A stretch of DNA of 46,835 nt from a virus. How positions within the stretch are numbered: the stretch's first letter is position 1; every line of letters starts with the position of its first letter. Below the pieces are notes generated by a model. It ran no database searches. It had not been told where the DNA came from and saw only the letters and a program-made list of their open reading frames with translations. The position numbers were made by a program, and so were the translations under genes. Of the stretch, positions 31,993 to 40,682 are shown one piece after another. The DNA lies in IMG/VR virus record IMGVR_UViG_3300028831_000183, positions 1 through 46,835 of that record, one strand, 5' to 3'.

Positions 31993-34527
31993 TTACCCTG
32001 TAGGATTGATATTATTTAACATCGCTTGCATGCGGATTTCGTCCCGTAGTGTACGCTCATCTTGATGCCGATAGTTTCCTGTGATATTAAGATTTAAGCT
32101 GCCATTATTATTCTGATTTGCCGTATCGCGTAAACGATTTGCAATGTCGTTATTGCCATGGTTGTCACGTTGATTAACTACAGCGTCAAGATTGATACCC
32201 GAATTAAGATTATGTAACCCAGCGCTTAACTGTGCTACGGCAGTATTAGCTGTTAATGCCTGCGTATGAAATTGATTTAGCATGTTACCGGCATCTAATG
32301 CTGATTGCCCAATGGCGCTAAACCAATTCGCCATAGGTGGTGGTGAATGACCCTGCAACCAGTCTGGCACTTGAATGTTGTTTAACGCATCAGCAACCTT
32401 GTTGATCCAATCGATCGCCTTTGATACGGCATCGCTGATGAAATTAAACGCATCACGAATACCGTTAGCTGCACTTTGACCCGTCTCGAACGCAGGTTTA
32501 AGATGACTATCGATCGCCGCAACTACTGCCATAAACATAGGATTTAGTGTACCAAGAATGAAAAATGCAACGCTTTCAAGCGCTGGCTTAAATCCTCGAT
32601 TGATTACTTCATCATACAACTTTACAAATATCGGCACAATATACGTATTTATATAGTTCCATGCCACTTGCAACGCCGGTAAGATAACGTTTTGCCAGAC
32701 GGCCGCGAGCATGCGCAAGGCTAGACTTAGTGCTGCAATATTCACATTCACGAGTGCCTTAATAATCGGAATGATATATGCGTTCAAGAAGCCCCACACT
32801 GCCTGTAGTGCTGGCAAAAGTATATTTGTCCAGAAACTACTCAAGGCTTGGATCGCCGCTTCTAACGCGGCGATATGTGCGGTTACTAATGCTACTATGA
32901 TCGGTATAACATACGTGTTAATGAAAGACCACACAGCATTGAATGCAGGTATAAGCGTATTGTTAAGAAAATCAGATGCAGCTTGAATAGCTACAGGAAT
33001 GTTTGTTGTTAACCATGCAGATACAGCGGTAAAAGTAGGCAATAGGTATGTATTCCATATGTTCATTAGGATATCACGAATACCCATAAAATTTGTATTC
33101 CAAGCAGTATATAACAGCGCAACAGCGGCGCCGATTAGTGCAAGCGGTATCAACACAGGTGCGAGTGCCGCGATTGTAGCAATTGCTGCTGCGCCAGCTG
33201 CTGCTGCCCATGCGATAAACGTAGGTACAACTATCGTCACGAGGATTGCCGCCAAACCCGCGAGAATAGCATCAGCGTTTTGCTTTACAAAATCGCTAAA
33301 TGTAACAAGGCTATCATGTACTATTGCAAGTGCAGCACCTAGTTGCGGAAAGCCGTTATCTTGTACTGTAGCACTTAGGTTTGAGAAATCAGGTATTAAC
33401 GGTGTAACGATTTCTGCAATCCTTCCTAACAGTGTTGTTACCACGTCAAGGATTGGCTGTAAGAAGGTGCCTAATCCGCTGCCTAACTCAGTTATCGTAT
33501 CTAACCATGATGTGCCAAATGCTGTAGGATCGTTGCCCAATAGTATTTGTATTTCATCTGCAAATCCTTGTATAACAACACGTACTGTTTCAAATATACC
33601 GCTAAGCATATTCCACGCACTAATAGCGTTCGGTATGATTGTGTTACTAATATAATCGATTACTGACCCTACTCCAGATGCAAGCGTATCGGCAAAACTC
33701 GTAAGCATCGCTTGTGTGTCTGGTGATCCTAGAAATGTCAGTAATTCGCCTAGCTGCGTCTTAACTACGTCAAATATAGGTGCAGAAACGGTTCTAAGTG
33801 TACCAGATACCCAATCCTGTAAGTTGCTCATCATGCCCTCGAATGTAGCACTTTGAGCATTCATCATACCGCCGTATTTGTCTTGCATGAGCTTCAAGAC
33901 AACATTCATCGCTTTAGGTAACGGCGACAACAATGCCCCGGATTTATCAAACTCCAATCCCATCTTAGCGAGATCAGCTCTACTAGCAATGCCTAATTCA
34001 GCCATGCGCGAAATTGCCTCTCCAGTTGCGCCGGCTGAAAACTTTCCGAGTAGAAGTGACATTTCCTCGAACGATGATCCAGTGCCAGAGGCAACATCAC
34101 CTGCTATCGTTCTAATTTGCGCACCGCTGAAACCGAATTTCTTTGCGGCCTCTTCCGAGTGCAAACCGAAACCCTGTAAGATTTTATCGGCATTGACTAC
34201 TTCTGGTAACTCAAACGGCGTTTGCGCGCCAAACTTTGCTAAGTCCGCAAGGCGCTCTTTCGCTTTCTCCGTTGATCCAAGCAGTACCCCAAATTGCGTT
34301 TGATATCGCTCAAATTCTGCGTTACTAGCAACACCCTTTACAATACCGCCGATAGCTGCAATAACACCGCCAGCTGTAGCAGCAAGGCCCATCTTCATAG
34401 CACTGCCAAGAAAGCCCCCGATTTTGCTGCCAAAACCAGATGCTTTTGTCTCAGCTTGATCTAGCCCTTTGTCGTATTCTGAGGCGTCTAGTCCCAGTCC
34501 GACAAGCAATTTAGCGAGTGTTGTCAT
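31993..34527 (-). CDS. Tape measure protein
   Basis: 844 aa. Long helical protein rich in Ala/Gly/Leu with a hydrophobic central segment and repeated ...NTYIIPI..AL... units. Follows the G/GT chaperones. Confidence 0.85.
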   Translation of the reverse strand: MTTLAKLLVGLGLDASEYDKGLDQAETKASGFGSKIGGFLGSAMKMGLAATAGGVIAAIGGIVKGVASNAEFERYQTQFGVLLGSTEKAKERLADLAKFGAQTPFELPEVVNADKILQGFGLHSEEAAKKFGFSGAQIRTIAGDVASGTGSSFEEMSLLLGKFSAGATGEAISRMAELGIASRADLAKMGLEFDKSGALLSPLPKAMNVVLKLMQDKYGGMMNAQSATFEGMMSNLQDWVSGTLRTVSAPIFDVVKTQLGELLTFLGSPDTQAMLTSFADTLASGVGSVIDYISNTIIPNAISAWNMLSGIFETVRVVIQGFADEIQILLGNDPTAFGTSWLDTITELGSGLGTFLQPILDVVTTLLGRIAEIVTPLIPDFSNLSATVQDNGFPQLGAALAIVHDSLVTFSDFVKQNADAILAGLAAILVTIVVPTFIAWAAAAGAAAIATIAALAPVLIPLALIGAAVALLYTAWNTNFMGIRDILMNIWNTYLLPTFTAVSAWLTTNIPVAIQAASDFLNNTLIPAFNAVWSFINTYVIPIIVALVTAHIAALEAAIQALSSFWTNILLPALQAVWGFLNAYIIPIIKALVNVNIAALSLALRMLAAVWQNVILPALQVAWNYINTYIVPIFVKLYDEVINRGFKPALESVAFFILGTLNPMFMAVVAAIDSHLKPAFETGQSAANGIRDAFNFISDAVSKAIDWINKVADALNNIQVPDWLQGHSPPPMANWFSAIGQSALDAGNMLNQFHTQALTANTAVAQLSAGLHNLNSGINLDAVVNQRDNHGNNDIANRLRDTANQNNNGSLNLNITGNYRHQDERTLRDEIRMQAMLNNINPTG

Positions 34528-34548
34528 ACTATTAAAGAATCCGGTTGA

Positions 34549-35318
34549 TTATGTATCAACCGGATTTTTGCGTAAATCCTTGCCCCCAAATGCTACATTC
34601 AATGCTTCGACGATTGATAGTTGTTCTTCCCATGATTGTTTACGCCGTTTCCAGGAAGGAAAGAAATCGAGCGGTTTTACACGTCGCGCACTTTTCTTTT
34701 TGTTCGCATTAGCAACAACTGATGCAATTACTCCCGCGCGATAGTCCGCACGCGCATCGCCAAATGGCTCTACTTGGTAAAACGCTTTCCAATCTTCATA
34801 TTCCTTGCTTGTCATGCGCGATTGCAGTTCAGCAACCGTACACCCGCCTATTGCAAGCGTTAACTTGTACCAGAACCATTTACTACCATGCTCGGAAAAT
34901 TTGCGGCGTTTTCCTCGATTTGCGCCTCTGCCGCGTCTTCGTCTTTCGCGATTGCAGATAGTTCCATGATGGCATCGATAACAGCCTCTAGACCATCGGC
35001 AGGCTTGCTGCCAAGCTCTTTGAGATCGCTGTGATTATTTACATCGTACATCTGCGATCCGTCTGGATTAAGCAAGCCCATTGCAGCAAGGCGGGCACGA
35101 GCGCCTTTAAGCGTAAACTGTTGCGTTGTTTTCTTGCCCATGCCTGACACGCGCATAAGCGATTGCTCGTATATGTCGCGCTCGTCACCCATAAGGCCGC
35201 GTACAAGCACTTGCGGCATTTCATCTGAGGCTATGTCAGGTGTACGCCACGTCGGAACATCAACAATACGTGTACGCAGTTTTACTTCACTAACCTGCCG
35301 TCTGGTCATTAGGGGCAT
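34549..35318 (-). CDS. Tail assembly chaperone frameshift product (gpGT-like, -1 PRF at 34896-34902)
   Basis: Minus-strand A_AAT_TTT sits in the zero frame of gpG. The -1 frame translated by hand from the slip site is open through to the 88-aa ORF 34549..34815. Confidence 0.65.
34860..35318 (-). CDS. Tail assembly chaperone (gpG-like)
   Basis: 152 aa, between the major tail and tape measure genes. A slippery heptamer lies near its 3' end. Confidence 0.7.
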   Translation of the reverse strand: MPLMTRRQVSEVKLRTRIVDVPTWRTPDIASDEMPQVLVRGLMGDERDIYEQSLMRVSGMGKKTTQQFTLKGARARLAAMGLLNPDGSQMYDVNNHSDLKELGSKPADGLEAVIDAIMELSAIAKDEDAAEAQIEENAANFPSMVVNGSGTS

Positions 35319-35338
35319 GATCGATTACTCCTCTAAAA

Positions 35339-35752
35339 TTACGCTAGTGTAGGTTCGCCTGATACTTTTAACGTTACAGATGCAGATAATTTGTCGTCAA
35401 ATGGTTCGTCAGGCTCAAATCCCGTTACGATCGCGTCAAATGTCCATTGCGTATTATTTGTATCGGGGAATGTTACTACCCATGTAGAGATAGTAGTATC
35501 ATCGCTAAAATCGGCAAGAATGCCGGTAGCAGCATTATGTGTACTGTCAAAGGGCATAAAATTGAGGTCTATCGATACCTCTCCGCCATCTTTTAACCCT
35601 TTGATATATTCACGCCACATATTAGGCGATTTGTGATGTGTTGCTTCGATTGTATCGCGCGCGAGACCGGGACCGCCAATATGTGTAACTTCTGCGATCT
35701 CTACCCCGTCTCTGGTGATCGTTGTACCAAACGCATTGACAGCTTGGGACAT
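35339..35752 (-). CDS. Major tail (tube) protein
   Basis: 137 aa. TITRDGVEIAEVTHIGGPGLARDTIEATH... resembles TP901-1/phi13-type major tail proteins. Lies just upstream of the chaperones. Confidence 0.7.
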   Translation of the reverse strand: MSQAVNAFGTTITRDGVEIAEVTHIGGPGLARDTIEATHHKSPNMWREYIKGLKDGGEVSIDLNFMPFDSTHNAATGILADFSDDTTISTWVVTFPDTNNTQWTFDAIVTGFEPDEPFDDKLSASVTLKVSGEPTLA

Positions 35753-35793
35753 GGTTGTTACTCCTCAATTATGTACTTATGCTATCAACGCGC

Positions 35794-36168
35794 CTAGTCA
35801 TCGAACGCGGCGATTTTGATCGCGGCATTATTACCTTCACAGTACAGATAGCCATCTGATTGACGCCAGCCAGCGCGCTTAAAACGAAACACGGCATGCT
35901 CTGTCGCTTGTAGCGTATAAGGCCCTACGTCGCCTGTACGGCCATATTGATCAGCGACACTAGTAAATGTAACTGTATACGGATTTGCAGCATCACTATT
36001 CCAAACGATCACATTTAGCGGTTCTGTTGTGCCAAATTGGATTTGATTTCCACTACTCCCACTACTTCCGGTGACGGCAGTAAATGTCATATCAGCAAGA
36101 TTTGCCGATACAGGTAGGGACGGATATGACGGAATAGGTGTTGTTTTCACTAGCGTTGTGCGTGCCAT
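35794..36168 (-). CDS. Hypothetical structural protein
   Basis: 124-aa ORF between the tail terminator and the major tail gene, preceded by a 156-nt gap. Confidence 0.45.
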   Translation of the reverse strand: MARTTLVKTTPIPSYPSLPVSANLADMTFTAVTGSSGSSGNQIQFGTTEPLNVIVWNSDAANPYTVTFTSVADQYGRTGDVGPYTLQATEHAVFRFKRAGWRQSDGYLYCEGNNAAIKIAAFDD

Positions 36169-36324
36169 GTCGGTCCTCTTTTCTTACACGTTTACGGAAT
36201 AGCCCCTAGAACGCGCTGGGCGCCATTCCTAGCGCTTGTCATGCCTTCCATCTACCTTAGCCCTTCGCGTGCCAGCGTGCCAGCCTGACACAGCGGGTTC
36301 CTCGATATTGCGGAGCCGATCCTA

Positions 36325-36723
36325 TCAAGGCGCCGGGCGCAACCAGATATACAGATCGATCATGCGCTTGTAGGTTTTCGTCAGCGGCTCATAGTCATCT
36401 AAATCACCTGCAAACGTGACGCCGCCGATGTATTGATCAGCGTACACGCCGGTCAGACCGATATATGCCGCCTTAATTGTTTCGGCTATCGCATCAGCCT
36501 CGATCGCCGTCTTAGCATTTGGCGTAAATTGTACACGTACTTGTTCTAGCTTACTATCACCGCCGTGTGATCCTACTCGTTGCGGCGTGCTGATACGTTG
36601 AAATGTGTAGTATGGGTAGACTGGATTTTGCGGTGCGGTAATCGGGTATGCTCGGTTTCCGACCGCCGTTGTCAATCCTACCGATGCATTATGCATTTCG
36701 ACAAGTGCCGTGTACAAGCTCAC
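36325..36723 (-). CDS. Tail completion/terminator protein (DUF3168-like)
   Basis: 132 aa. Assigned from position and from the N-terminal pattern ...VGNRAYPITAPQNPVYPYYTFQRIS. Confidence 0.5.
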   Translation of the reverse strand: MSLYTALVEMHNASVGLTTAVGNRAYPITAPQNPVYPYYTFQRISTPQRVGSHGGDSKLEQVRVQFTPNAKTAIEADAIAETIKAAYIGLTGVYADQYIGGVTFAGDLDDYEPLTKTYKRMIDLYIWLRPAP

Positions 36724-37124
36724 AAGAGTGCCATTAAAATATCACGCAAAGAGGCACGCATTTCGTCAATTGCATCTGCTTTTTTTTCATCGAATGCAGG
36801 TCGAAAGTGTGGTTTCGGCGGCTGATGGTATGTGCGGCCCAAACTATCTATGTCGTTAAATCCAAATTCAAGGCGCCTAGCTTGCGGCTGATTTGTGCCC
36901 ACTACACCTTCGCAGTATCCATCACGTTCTACAGCAATTTCTGTGTTAACTGCGCGTCGATACGTACCTGTAAGAAACGGAGCTAATTCAACAACACGAT
37001 TTTTAATTGGCTGTAATCCAGCAGTAACAGCATTGCGTAAAGTGCTAGCCTGCGAAAGCTTATCAAGCTTCTTGAACGCCGCAAGTACTTCTTTCTCATT
37101 CTTTACGTACATTGACGGCGGCAT
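36720..37124 (-). CDS. HK97 gp10-like head-tail joining protein
   Basis: 134 aa. 4-nt overlap with the downstream gene and 1-nt overlap with the upstream gene. Assigned from position and size. Confidence 0.5.
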   Translation of the reverse strand: MPPSMYVKNEKEVLAAFKKLDKLSQASTLRNAVTAGLQPIKNRVVELAPFLTGTYRRAVNTEIAVERDGYCEGVVGTNQPQARRLEFGFNDIDSLGRTYHQPPKPHFRPAFDEKKADAIDEMRASLRDILMALL

Positions 37125-37495
37125 TACGATACCTTTTCACAAGTGAGATACGTTGCTGTTTCATGATCGTCGTGTGCCACACGAATGATGTTATAGATCA
37201 CTTCATCAACGAACGCTTGATCTGCCTGTGTAATTTGCGGGTAGAAACCCTGCAAGCCGATCAACCATTGATTTAGCTCTACAACTTGCATTCGCTGGCG
37301 CGTTTCCGCACCCTGCGCCGGTTGCACATAGCATGGAATAGCTTGTAAATCTTTATTTGCAACAAATGTCTCGATTGGCTGATTTGCGGCATCTTGCGTT
37401 GTTGTTAAATTTCCGATCGCACAAAGTGACGGATAAAAGCCTTGCAACGATTGCATAAGCAGGGGGTGAATAATCGGTTCTTCTGACAATTTCAT
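37124..37495 (-). CDS. Head closure / head-tail adaptor protein
   Basis: 123 aa, overlap-coupled, in connector-module position. Confidence 0.45.
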   Translation of the reverse strand: MKLSEEPIIHPLLMQSLQGFYPSLCAIGNLTTTQDAANQPIETFVANKDLQAIPCYVQPAQGAETRQRMQVVELNQWLIGLQGFYPQITQADQAFVDEVIYNIIRVAHDDHETATYLTCEKVS

Positions 37496-37893
37496 GAGCG
37501 CAGCAAATCGTTTAAGATAATATCGCGATAAACTGTGTCGTCATCTGGCATGTTCCACTCTGCAATATCAAATCCGGTTTCGTCATTTGCAGCGTCAATA
37601 TCTGATTGCTCCTGTTTCACTTCGTCTCGTAATGCTTTTGCCTGTGCCCGAAATTCCGCCGCTAACGCAGCACCGTTCGTAGACAAGCCCATGTTCGTGA
37701 TGACTTTTTGGATATAAGCTTGTCTAGCAGCAACGACCATTAATACACGCGCCGCCGCGAGTTTAATGTGTCCTTCCTGCGCATAAAATGCCAATAGCTC
37801 TTCATCTTGAAAAATAGGATTATCAGTATCATCACCAAACGTATTTAAGCGTATTTTACCCTCATTTGTTGTTAAGATGTACGTTGCGGTCAT
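37492..37893 (-). CDS. Head-tail connector (gp6-like) protein
   Basis: 133 aa, overlap-coupled, in connector-module position. Confidence 0.45.
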   Translation of the reverse strand: MTATYILTTNEGKIRLNTFGDDTDNPIFQDEELLAFYAQEGHIKLAAARVLMVVAARQAYIQKVITNMGLSTNGAALAAEFRAQAKALRDEVKQEQSDIDAANDETGFDIAEWNMPDDDTVYRDIILNDLLRS

Positions 37894-38069
37894 GATTTCT
37901 TTTGCGATGATACTGATTTAGCTGCTGTATTAGACGCTTGCTGCGACCGTCTTGTCAAGCTTTCCATAAGCTCGTTTAACCTGCACAGTTCTTCTAACAC
38001 AGCAACTAAATACACGTCCGTGCTATACACAGGTTCAGGTAGCCGATATTTTTTCTTCCCTAGCGGCAT
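37890..38069 (-). CDS. Small hypothetical protein (59 aa, below the ORF-track cut-off)
   Basis: Hand translation gives MPLGKKKYRLPEPVYSTDVYLVAVLEELCRLNELMESLTRRSQQASNTAAKSVSSQKKS. TAATG overlap upstream and ATGA overlap downstream. Confidence 0.5.
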   Translation of the reverse strand: MPLGKKKYRLPEPVYSTDVYLVAVLEELCRLNELMESLTRRSQQASNTAAKSVSSQKKS

Positions 38070-38392
38070 TATTTCGTCGTTTTAGGTGCCTGCGCCTGTG
38101 TAGCTTGTGCAGGTCGTTCTACCTTTTCAGGTGTACCAGACGCAGGTATCTGACTTTCGCGCGTTGCTAAGCGTGCATTGCTTTCACGCATAGCCACGCG
38201 TACATCGCTTTCAGACTGACGTTGCGCATCTAGCTCTGCACGTAGTCGCGCGTTCTCCTCTTGCAACGCTACCGCGTCGGTTGCTGGCCTATTCGCCGCA
38301 TCAATTTCCTTCTGAAACATGCGCCGCAACTGACCTAGCTGATTGACTATTATTGTCAGCTGTTCGTTGACGCTTTCGTAATTGACTGGCAT
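38069..38392 (-). CDS. Hypothetical coiled-coil protein
   Basis: 107-aa ORF after the capsid gene. Its AGGAG RBS is embedded in a hairpin. Confidence 0.5.
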   Translation of the reverse strand: MPVNYESVNEQLTIIVNQLGQLRRMFQKEIDAANRPATDAVALQEENARLRAELDAQRQSESDVRVAMRESNARLATRESQIPASGTPEKVERPAQATQAQAPKTTK

Positions 38393-38473
38393 CGTATTAT
38401 CTCCTATGTGATAGGAGATATGCTACCTATGCCGGCAAGATAGCATATCCCACTACACTCTAATAGGGGCTAA

Positions 38474-39658
38474 TTAAGAGCCGCTACCGTTACTTGCGAC
38501 GCTCGCAAGCGGATCGATGATAATACCGCCGTAGCAATGACGAATTTTATAATCGATGCTATCGTCATCGAATGAACCTTGCATTGGATCAACTAATCCA
38601 CCACCACCGATACGAATAGCATCAGGGGATTTCATGAAAAGCTGCGGTGTTTCGTATCCTTGCAAAAAAGCTGCCTCAAATAACGGCTTTCCGACCGACG
38701 CAGAAGCATGCAGATACCACGCTGTTGCCCCATGTGTTGTGTCAATCATTTCCAATGTCGGATTGACAACGAGCGTAACGTTACTACGCATCCAATTGTT
38801 CGTTAAGATGCGCTGATCAGCACTGTCGGCTCCAATGATGATCTGCGTTGCGTTCAAGATGTTTTGCGCAATCAACGTCAGCGACGGCGGGACTTCGAGT
38901 ATAACAGCCTCGATCATGATTGGTTCGCCGCTTATAGGATCACGCTGCTTGTAGAGCACGGTAAACCCATCTTGCAATCCGAGGATCGAAAGTGCTGGGT
39001 TATTTGCTACCGCACCATTAGCTTGATTGATAATGTTTTTGTTCGTGTTACTGTAGACAGTTGATCGCGGCCCAGTTGACGATACATACAACGAAGTGAA
39101 GTAGTACTGCTCGCTACGCACAGCGGCGCGGCCAAAACGGATAGGCGTATCTTTAAGCTTATTCGTTACATCGTTGACCATCGCTTCCCAGCTGAATGGC
39201 ATACGCCGTCCATACTTTTTAATTTTGTAGGTAAGCGGGCTTATTTCGTCAAGTGACGCAGCAGGATACAGCGCAAGCTCTTTTACTTCCTCTAGTCGTG
39301 TATCGCCACCAAACGGATCGTAGTCGCGTTGCACAAGCCGGAAATCAGGGACGGTGACAACCTTTGCGATCGCTCGCCATGTTGCAGGCCACTCGCGATA
39401 ACTTGCAAGCGTTTGACGTTGAATGATTGTTCCAAACAACAACGGAAAATCCGACGTAGACATAGCCTCTTGCAAGTGATAACGCGGAATTTGTCCCGTA
39501 TAGATGCCATGCAAGAAACGGACGGTTTCAACAAGGCGCCGTTGAAATCGTGGATCGCGTACGTTTCCACGCGACACGTTGAAACCTTCACGTGCATACA
39601 AGCGTTGAATAGACGCATCACGCGCGCTGATAGTATCGATCAATTCTAGCAATTCCAT
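38474..39658 (-). CDS. Major capsid protein
   Basis: 394 aa. Lies after the scaffold- and decoration-like genes. Strong AGGAG RBS, followed by hairpins. Size and position are typical of HK97-fold capsid proteins. Confidence 0.7.
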   Translation of the reverse strand: MELLELIDTISARDASIQRLYAREGFNVSRGNVRDPRFQRRLVETVRFLHGIYTGQIPRYHLQEAMSTSDFPLLFGTIIQRQTLASYREWPATWRAIAKVVTVPDFRLVQRDYDPFGGDTRLEEVKELALYPAASLDEISPLTYKIKKYGRRMPFSWEAMVNDVTNKLKDTPIRFGRAAVRSEQYYFTSLYVSSTGPRSTVYSNTNKNIINQANGAVANNPALSILGLQDGFTVLYKQRDPISGEPIMIEAVILEVPPSLTLIAQNILNATQIIIGADSADQRILTNNWMRSNVTLVVNPTLEMIDTTHGATAWYLHASASVGKPLFEAAFLQGYETPQLFMKSPDAIRIGGGGLVDPMQGSFDDDSIDYKIRHCYGGIIIDPLASVASNGSGS

Positions 39659-39697
39659 GTTGTACTCCTATTTGCGCGCGTGATCGCGCATTTATAT

Positions 39698-40627
39698 CTA
39701 CTTGCGGGTATATTCGATCCAAGCAGCGTACAGCCAAATTGCATCTGTCGTATGTGCGCCTGGCACAAGCGAGATATTCAGAAACCCCGGCGGATCGGCT
39801 AAATCAGCCGCCGCAATTACTGCGCTATATTCTGTCAACGCAGCTGTAGCGATTGCAGCGGTAGCGTTACCGGCTTCCGTATCGCCTACACCGTCAAACA
39901 TCTGCACATCTACGGTTACTGTATTATCGGTATTCGTATCCTTGCCGACCATGAGATGTACTTCTAGGTTTGCGGTGCCGTCAAGATCGGGCGGTTTCGG
40001 CACTGGCGGAAATTGTACCTCGACCGACGAACTAGCGGCCCAAATCACACGTAGCGCCTTGTCAGTTGCACCGTTGACGCGCTGAAATGACGGCGCCGTA
40101 TTGCCATCAAGTAGCATACCTTCTGACGTGTTACCGATTACGTTCGCTGCAATGATCCGCAACGATCCAATATCGAGCGGAATAAAACCAGTTGCAAGCG
40201 TATCAGTAAGTTTTGCCGCTGTAACCGCGTCATCGCTAAGTGAAGAAGTACCAAACGGCGCCGCACTACCAGCCGGCATATGCAATACGCGGATCGTATC
40301 AGTTGAGCCGCTAGAAACTGCTTCTAGCGCCTTTCCCCAAAAATATCCGCTCGCTTTCTTCGATAGCGGCGGTGTATCTGCATCGACGTAGAAAATATCG
40401 TCATATTTCGCAATAGCGCTATTACCGCTATCATTAACGGCTTTAACGCTCATGTCATAGACAACCAGCCCGATTTGCACCGTTGTATCGCCGGCGGCGT
40501 CTTCAGACGTTTCTGCAATGCCGGTAATTGTACCAGCACGAACCGGATCACCACTTACTGGTGACATAGGATGCGTTACAGCAAGCGAGAGCTTATCAGC
40601 CGGATCGAAAATCTCATTTGTTGACAT
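39698..40627 (-). CDS. Head decoration-like protein (DUF2190-like N-terminus with a long extension)
   Basis: 309 aa. The N-terminal roughly 90 aa (DPVRAGTITGIAET...VYDMSVKA) resemble DUF2190 capsid-associated proteins. Lies immediately upstream of the capsid gene. Confidence 0.45.
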   Translation of the reverse strand: MSTNEIFDPADKLSLAVTHPMSPVSGDPVRAGTITGIAETSEDAAGDTTVQIGLVVYDMSVKAVNDSGNSAIAKYDDIFYVDADTPPLSKKASGYFWGKALEAVSSGSTDTIRVLHMPAGSAAPFGTSSLSDDAVTAAKLTDTLATGFIPLDIGSLRIIAANVIGNTSEGMLLDGNTAPSFQRVNGATDKALRVIWAASSSVEVQFPPVPKPPDLDGTANLEVHLMVGKDTNTDNTVTVDVQMFDGVGDTEAGNATAAIATAALTEYSAVIAAADLADPPGFLNISLVPGAHTTDAIWLYAAWIEYTRK

Positions 40628-40682
40628 GTGTAGTCTCCCTTATCACATCTGGGGGCAACAGCATCAGCGCCGGCCCATCGAT

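Noticed and set aside
30180-34303. Long plus-strand ORFs (30180..30869, 32999..33655, 33878..34303, 32711..32986) opposite the tail fibre and tape measure genes.
   Set aside because: They are antisense shadows of compositionally biased genes (Ala/Gly/Thr-rich). The translations are low-complexity, there is no RBS, and the minus-strand genes have clear structural identities.
34549-34815. 88-aa ORF as an independent gene.
   Set aside because: Its frame is exactly -1 relative to the upstream chaperone, and it is open back to a slippery A_AAT_TTT. It is re-interpreted as the frameshift extension (gpGT).
39366-39373. HIP1 octamer GCGATCGC as evidence for a cyanobacterial host.
   Set aside because: I noticed only one exact octamer. 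The enrichment is of the inner hexamer CGATCG, so a host assignment from this alone is not justified.
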